Positions 59,136-64,000 of a DNA stretch of 64,000 nt are shown in pieces (the stretch's first letter is position 1; each line of letters starts with the position of its first letter). Below the pieces are notes generated by a model that was given only the letters and a program-made list of their open reading frames with translations, did not search any database and was not told where the DNA came from. The stretch is from an uncultured Eubacteriales bacterium. Lineage in GTDB: Bacteria; Bacillota; Clostridia; Christensenellales; QALW01. The translations under genes were made by a program, and so were the position numbers. Where the stretch lies: positions 12,680 through 76,679 of the forward strand of contig URIR01000004.1 in the NCBI GenBank assembly GCA_900547955.1, read 5' to 3'.

Positions 59136-60143
59136 TTACTTTTTCTCCTCATACGGTATGCCCAGATGGGCGTATGCAGCCGGGAGAGCCACTCGTCCTC
59201 TTGGAGTGCGCGCTATAAAGCCAAGCTGAATTAAAAACGGCTCGATAACGTCCTCTATAGTAACATCCTCGTCTCCTGTCGCCGCCGAAAGAGTATCCAA
59301 ACCAACCGGCCCGCCGCGAAATTTATTAATCATGCATTCCAATACCCGTCTATCGTCTGAATCCAAGCCCAGGCCGTCTATTTCCAGCATATCCAGCGCA
59401 GCCTTAGCCACGGGCATGGTTATAACTCCGCCTCCACGCACCTCTGCGTAATCGCGCACCCTCTTTAAAAGACGATTGGCGATTCTCGGCGTCCCGCGGC
59501 TTCTTCTGGCTAATTCCATACAGCCCTCTTTATCCGATTTTATACCCAGAATGCCCGCGCTGCGCTCTACAATTCGAGCCAGCTGCTCAGGACTATACAT
59601 TTCCAGGCGGCATATTACGCCGAAACGGTCCCTCAAGGGAGAAGTAAGCATGCCCGCCCGCGTCGTCGCACCCACCAGAGTAAAATGAGGCAGGCTCAAT
59701 CTAATAGAACGGGCGCTCGGCCCTTTACCCACCATAATATCAAGAGCATAATCCTCCATAGCGGGATACAGCACCTCTTCCACGCTGCGGTTAAGCCGAT
59801 GTATTTCATCTATAAAAAGTATATCGTTTTCATTCAGATTTGTCAGAATAGCAGCCAAATCTCCAGGCCGGTCTATAGCCGGGCCGGAGGTGATGCGTAT
59901 TGATACTCCCATCTCAGAAGCGATAATATTAGCCAGCGTGGTTTTCCCAAGGCCAGGAGGTCCGTAAAGCAAAACATGGTCCAATGCCTCTCCTCTGCTG
60001 CGGGCGGCTGAAATATACATCTGAACAAGCTCTTTAACCTTTTCCTGCCCTATATATTCGTTTAAATGCTTAGGGCGCAGAGAAAATTCCTGTTCCGAAT
60101 CCTCTTCCCGAAAAGAAGAAGTAATCAATCTTTCGTCTTCCAT
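59136..60143 (-). CDS. ruvB: Holliday junction helicase RuvB
   Basis: AAA+ Walker [16 protein letters not shown] and a winged-helix C-terminus. Confidence 0.97.
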   Translation of the reverse strand: MEDERLITSSFREEDSEQEFSLRPKHLNEYIGQEKVKELVQMYISAARSRGEALDHVLLYGPPGLGKTTLANIIASEMGVSIRITSGPAIDRPGDLAAILTNLNENDILFIDEIHRLNRSVEEVLYPAMEDYALDIMVGKGPSARSIRLSLPHFTLVGATTRAGMLTSPLRDRFGVICRLEMYSPEQLARIVERSAGILGIKSDKEGCMELARRSRGTPRIANRLLKRVRDYAEVRGGGVITMPVAKAALDMLEIDGLGLDSDDRRVLECMINKFRGGPVGLDTLSAATGDEDVTIEDVIEPFLIQLGFIARTPRGRVALPAAYAHLGIPYEEKK

Positions 60144-60157
60144 GCTTTAAAGCTCCC

Positions 60158-60751
60158 TTACATTTTATCCAAGCCCTTTAAGACAAGGCGTATTATCTCT
60201 TCAGCAGTATCCGCCTTTGCCGAAGCCTCCTTAACCGCCCGAACAGCCTCAGCCTGAGGCAGCCCAAGCGCTACAAGCGCCCCCACCGCCTCATTTACGC
60301 ACTTTTCATCCGCGGCCGCGGCCGGCTGAAAATCATTGGAGGGCAATTCCTCGTTATCCACCCGCTCCCGCAGCTCCAGAATAAGCCGCTGCGCAGTTTT
60401 CTTTCCTATTCCCGGCACTCTGGTAAGAGCAGCCGTATCCCCTGTGACCAAGGCTATGGCCAGTTCCTGTACTGAAACTGCCGTAAGCGTCTGTACTGCT
60501 ATTTTAGGGCCTATACCGCTTACGCTTACCAGTCGTAAAAACATTCTTTTTTCCTCAGCCGAGGCAAAGCCGTAAAGAGAAATGCCGTCCTCCTTAACAG
60601 ACTGATATACATATATCTTAGCGTTTTCGCCTATCCGGCACATATTCACCGCCGCGCCGGTAGCGGTAATATAATATCCTACTCCCCCGGCCTCCAGCAC
60701 TATATAATCCGACCCAATATCCTCCGCCGTACCTTTTATATACTCATACAT
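60158..60751 (-). CDS. ruvA: Holliday junction DNA-binding protein RuvA
   Basis: Start trimmed to MYEYIKGT. Has HhH motifs (VSGIGPKIA, VPGIGKKTAQR). Confidence 0.92.
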   Translation of the reverse strand: MYEYIKGTAEDIGSDYIVLEAGGVGYYITATGAAVNMCRIGENAKIYVYQSVKEDGISLYGFASAEEKRMFLRLVSVSGIGPKIAVQTLTAVSVQELAIALVTGDTAALTRVPGIGKKTAQRLILELRERVDNEELPSNDFQPAAAADEKCVNEAVGALVALGLPQAEAVRAVKEASAKADTAEEIIRLVLKGLDKM

Positions 60752-60767
60752 AATATCGCTCCCCCAA

Positions 60768-61259
60768 TTAAATTTTAAACTGCCGGCCCATACGCGCCGA
60801 ATGCGCATGACAAATAGCCACGGCAAGAGCATCCGCCGCATCGTCCGGCTTAGGCAATTCCTTAAGCCCAAGATATGTGCTTACCATTATCTGCATCTGC
60901 TTTTTCTCAGCGCGCCCATACCCAACAATGGCCTGCTTTATCTGCAAAGGCGTATATTCGTATAATTCGTCCATTTTTGAGGAGGCGGCAGCCAAAAGCG
61001 CGCCCCGCGCCTGCGCTACCGCTATAGCCGTTTTTACATTCTGATTGAAAAAAAGCTCCTCAACGGCTATTGCATCCGGACTAAACTTATCTATTACCCA
61101 GCAAACGTCGTTATAAAGATTGCGCAGCCTTACAGGCGTACTCATACCTGCGGGCGTGGAAATAATGCCGAAATCCACAGCGCGGTGCTTATGTCCGTCC
61201 GTATTTATAATACCATAGCCCAATGTGGCCAAGCCAGGGTCAAAACCCAAAATAATCAT
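60768..61259 (-). CDS. ruvC: Holliday junction resolvase RuvC
   Basis: [16 protein letters not shown] and a conserved acidic catalytic residue set. Confidence 0.93.
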   Translation of the reverse strand: MIILGFDPGLATLGYGIINTDGHKHRAVDFGIISTPAGMSTPVRLRNLYNDVCWVIDKFSPDAIAVEELFFNQNVKTAIAVAQARGALLAAASSKMDELYEYTPLQIKQAIVGYGRAEKKQMQIMVSTYLGLKELPKPDDAADALAVAICHAHSARMGRQFKI

Positions 61260-61349
61260 CTATATATTCGTCCTCGGTATTTTCAAGCTACTATATATAA
61301 TATAGTATCCTCCGCCTTTAGTCAAATAAAATAAACTTATTAAAAACAG

Positions 61350-61378
61350 TTGCATATTTATGCAGTTTGATGTATAAT
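61350..61378 (+). promoter_or_regulatory. argG promoter with overlapping ARG-box-like palindrome
   Basis: TTGCAT (61350-61355), 17 nt, TATAAT (61373-61378). The palindrome TGCATATTTATGCA at 61351-61364 covers the -35. Confidence 0.6.
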
Positions 61379-61408
61379 CCATTAAGATTCAAATGGAGGG
61401 ATTAAATT

Positions 61409-62629
61409 ATGAGCGGTAAAAAGGAAAAAGTGATACTTGCATATTCTGGAGGCTTGGATACATCTATAATAATTCCCTGGCTCAAGGAGAATTACGACTA
61501 CGAGGTTATAGCCGTAGCCGGGGACGTAGGTCAGGGAGAGGAATTAGAGCCTCTTAATGAAAAAGCAATAAAAACCGGCGCCAGTAAAATATACATTGAG
61601 GACCTGCGCGAGGAATTCATAACAGATTTTATATGGCCTACCCTTAAGGCTGGAGCGCGTTATGAAAAAAAATATCTCCTGGGTACCAGCTTTGCGCGTC
61701 CTGTTATAGCAAAGCGCCTTGTGGAAATAGCCCGCAAGGAAGGCGCTGTAGCAATATGCCACGGATGTACGGGCAAGGGCAACGACCAGGTTCGCTTCGA
61801 ACTCACAATCAAGGCTTTAGCGCCCGACCTTAAAATAATAGCGCCCTGGCGGATATGGGATATCAAATCCCGCGAGGATGAAATCGACTATGCGGCGGCA
61901 CGCGGAATAGACGTTCCCGTAACTAAAAAACACATATACAGCATGGACCGCAATCTCTGGCATCTCAGCCATGAGGGCGCAGATTTGGAAGAGCCCTGGA
62001 ATGCTCCTCAGGATGAATTATACATGATTTCCTGCCCGGTTGAAAAGGCTCCGGATAAACCGGTATATGTTGAAATAGAATTTGAAAAGGGCATTCCTAC
62101 TGCGATAGACGGCAAGCGTATGGGAGCCATTGAAATTATGGATACTCTTAACGCCATCGGCGCTCAAAACGGCATAGGCATAGCTGATTTAGTGGAAAAC
62201 CGACTGGTGGGCATGAAGAGCAGAGGGGTTTACGAAACTCCCGGCGGTACAATTCTATTTGAGGCGCACGATATTCTTGAAGAGCTTACCTTGGATCGCG
62301 CTACCTCACATTATAAAGAAACCATGGCTATCCGTTTTGCCGAGCTTGTATACGACGGCTGCTGGTATACTCCTCTCAGAGAAGCCATGAGCGCATTTGT
62401 AGATAAAACCCAGGAAACTGTCAGCGGAACTGTGCGCTTAAAGCTCTATAAGGGCAATGTTATCCCCGCTGGCGTTAAATCCCCCTATTCTTTATACAGC
62501 GAAGAATTAGCTACGTTCAGCGCGGACGAGGTGTATGACCAAAAGGATTCGGCTGGTTTTATCAACCTCTTTGGCCTTCCTCTAAAAATGCGCGCGCTTA
62601 TGCAGCAAAAGAATAAGGAGAACAAATAA
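61409..62629 (+). CDS. argG: Argininosuccinate synthase
   Basis: [12 protein letters not shown]-binding motif. Full-length type I ArgG. Confidence 0.97.
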   Translation: MSGKKEKVILAYSGGLDTSIIIPWLKENYDYEVIAVAGDVGQGEELEPLNEKAIKTGASKIYIEDLREEFITDFIWPTLKAGARYEKKYLLGTSFARPVIAKRLVEIARKEGAVAICHGCTGKGNDQVRFELTIKALAPDLKIIAPWRIWDIKSREDEIDYAAARGIDVPVTKKHIYSMDRNLWHLSHEGADLEEPWNAPQDELYMISCPVEKAPDKPVYVEIEFEKGIPTAIDGKRMGAIEIMDTLNAIGAQNGIGIADLVENRLVGMKSRGVYETPGGTILFEAHDILEELTLDRATSHYKETMAIRFAELVYDGCWYTPLREAMSAFVDKTQETVSGTVRLKLYKGNVIPAGVKSPYSLYSEELATFSADEVYDQKDSAGFINLFGLPLKMRALMQQKNKENK

Positions 62630-64000
62630 ATGAAGCTCTGGGGCGGAAGATTTAAAAAGGAAACAAGCGGGCTTATGGACGATTTTCATTCGTCCATAGG
62701 CTTTGACTGCCGTATGTACCGCGAGGACATAACAGGCAGCATAGCGCATGCCCAAATGCTGGGCAAGCAGGGCATTATACCAAAAGAGGACGCGCAAAAG
62801 ATAACCGAAGGCTTAAAAGGCATATTGGCAGATATAGACGCGGGCAAAGTAGAATTCTCTACGCAGGCGGAAGATATACACATGAATATTGAAAGCCTGC
62901 TTATTCAGCGCATAGGAGAAGCGGGCAAGCGCCTTCATACCGGACGCAGCCGCAACGACCAGGTAGCGCTTGATATACGCATGTATCAAAAGCGCCGGAT
63001 AGATGATTTATGCGCGCTGCTGAAGGAGCTTGAAAAAGTAATCCTGAACATTGCGAAAAATAATCTGGAAACCATTATGCCCGGCTATACTCATCTGCAA
63101 AAAGCGCAGCCTATAACCTTAGCGCATCATGCCATGGCTTACTTTCAAATGTTTGCGCGGGATATCGCGCGCTTAAGGGATTGTTATGCGCGCACTAATT
63201 TATGCCCGCTTGGTTCCGGAGCCCTTGCAGGAACGACATATCCCTTGGATCGCGAATACGTCGCTCATGCTCTCGGATTTGAAGATATAACGCAAAACAG
63301 CCTGGACGGAGTTTCTGACCGGGATTTTCTCATTGAATGCGCCGCAAGCTGCTCAATAATAATGATGCACTTATCGCGCTGGTGCGAGGAACTCATATTA
63401 TGGTCCAGCAATGAGTTTGGATTTGTAGAAATGGACGACGCCTTTTCTACCGGCTCCAGCATAATGCCCCAAAAAAAGAATCCTGACGCATGCGAGCTTA
63501 TACGCGGTAAAACAGGACGTGTTTATGGCAGCTTAACAGCTCTGCTCACAATAATGAAATCTCTACCTCTGGCCTATAACAAGGATATGCAGGAGGATAA
63601 GGAAGCTATTTTTGACGCTGTAGATACAACTGAAAACTGCTTAAGGGTTTTTACGCGCATGCTGGATACCCTTTCGTTTAATAAAGAAAAAATGCTTTCG
63701 GGAGCGGGCCTAGGCTTTACCAACGCTACTGACGCCGCCGATTATCTGGTAAAAAAAGGCGTGCCATTTAGAGAAGCGCATGAAATTATAGGACATATGG
63801 TATTACTCTGTCTGGAAAAAAAATGCGCTATACATCAGCTTTCCATACAGGAGCTGAAAAATATAAACCCCATATTTGAGGACGATTTTTATGACGCCGT
63901 CAGTCTGAAAACCTGCGTTGAACAACGGCTGACTCCCGGCGGTCCCTCTAAAAATGCAGTATTACAGCAAATTGCTTGGGCGGAAAATTTCCTTGAAAAG
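62630..64000 (+). CDS. argH: Argininosuccinate lyase (3' end runs off the window)
   Basis: The ATG at 62630 abuts the argG stop. My translation starts MKLWGGRFKKETSGLMDDFHSSIGFDCRMY, and the fumarate-lyase signature GSSIMPQKKNPD is visible near 63450. It is not in the ORF track because it has no in-window stop. Confidence 0.95.
   Translation, partial: MKLWGGRFKKETSGLMDDFHSSIGFDCRMYREDITGSIAHAQMLGKQGIIPKEDAQKITEGLKGILADIDAGKVEFSTQAEDIHMNIESLLIQRIGEAGKRLHTGRSRNDQVALDIRMYQKRRIDDLCALLKELEKVILNIAKNNLETIMPGYTHLQKAQPITLAHHAMAYFQMFARDIARLRDCYARTNLCPLGSGALAGTTYPLDREYVAHALGFEDITQNSLDGVSDRDFLIECAASCSIIMMHLSRWCEELILWSSNEFGFVEMDDAFSTGSSIMPQKKNPDACELIRGKTGRVYGSLTALLTIMKSLPLAYNKDMQEDKEAIFDAVDTTENCLRVFTRMLDTLSFNKEKMLSGAGLGFTNATDAADYLVKKGVPFREAHEIIGHMVLLCLEKKCAIHQLSIQELKNINPIFEDDFYDAVSLKTCVEQRLTPGGPSKNAVLQQIAWAENFLEK

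Noticed and set aside
1-64000. Looked for CRISPR arrays, IS elements or transposases, integrases, prophage genes, toxin-antitoxin or defence-system genes, tRNA genes and rRNA genes
   Set aside because: None were seen. Every long ORF has a housekeeping, sporulation or conserved-hypothetical character. No spaced direct-repeat array other than the feoA-upstream tandem repeats was found. A tRNA-scan was not possible by eye with full sensitivity.

Overview
The window looks like core chromosome from an endospore-forming Clostridia-class Firmicute. About 80% of genes are on the minus strand and most are housekeeping, cell-division or sporulation genes. I saw no rRNA, tRNA, CRISPR array, transposase or phage genes.

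Gene content by function:
- Sporulation: spoIIGA-sigE, spoIIM, spo0A, spoIVB, spoIIP, gpr.
- Proteostasis: lon, engB, tig-clpP-clpX.
- Nucleoside salvage: deoB, punA.
- DNA repair and recombination: recN, recO, ruvCAB.
- Division: sepF, a DivIVA-domain protein, yggS.
- Metabolism and transport: dxs, ppdK, nadK, argR, argGH, trpBA, feoAB, murI.
- Ribosomal proteins: rpsT, rpmB.

Most notable findings:
1. A promoter-equipped, hairpin-rich non-coding core of about 580 nt (5964-6542, minus strand) lies directly upstream of a 194-aa polytopic membrane protein. That protein's stop codon overlaps the dxs start. By position and architecture this matches the OLE (ornate, large, extremophilic) RNA / OapA locus known from other anaerobic Firmicutes. 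The call rests on synteny and visible structure, not on a covariance-model search.
2. A diverged intergenic repeat family of about 130-270 nt has at least five copies in both orientations. Two copies directly flank an SGNH-hydrolase gene.
3. Three to four tandem repeats of about 40 nt lie upstream of feoAB.
4. The spo0A positional orthologue has a shortened receiver domain that lacks the canonical acidic pair.
5. A translationally coupled three-gene module of unknown function encodes a DUF4282-like protein, a DUF5685-like protein and a J-domain protein.

Regulatory elements:
- A Trp-type T-box controls a stand-alone trpBA pair.
- An ARG-box palindrome sits on the argG promoter.

All calls come from reading the sequence and the supplied ORF translations. 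No searches or folding programs were run.
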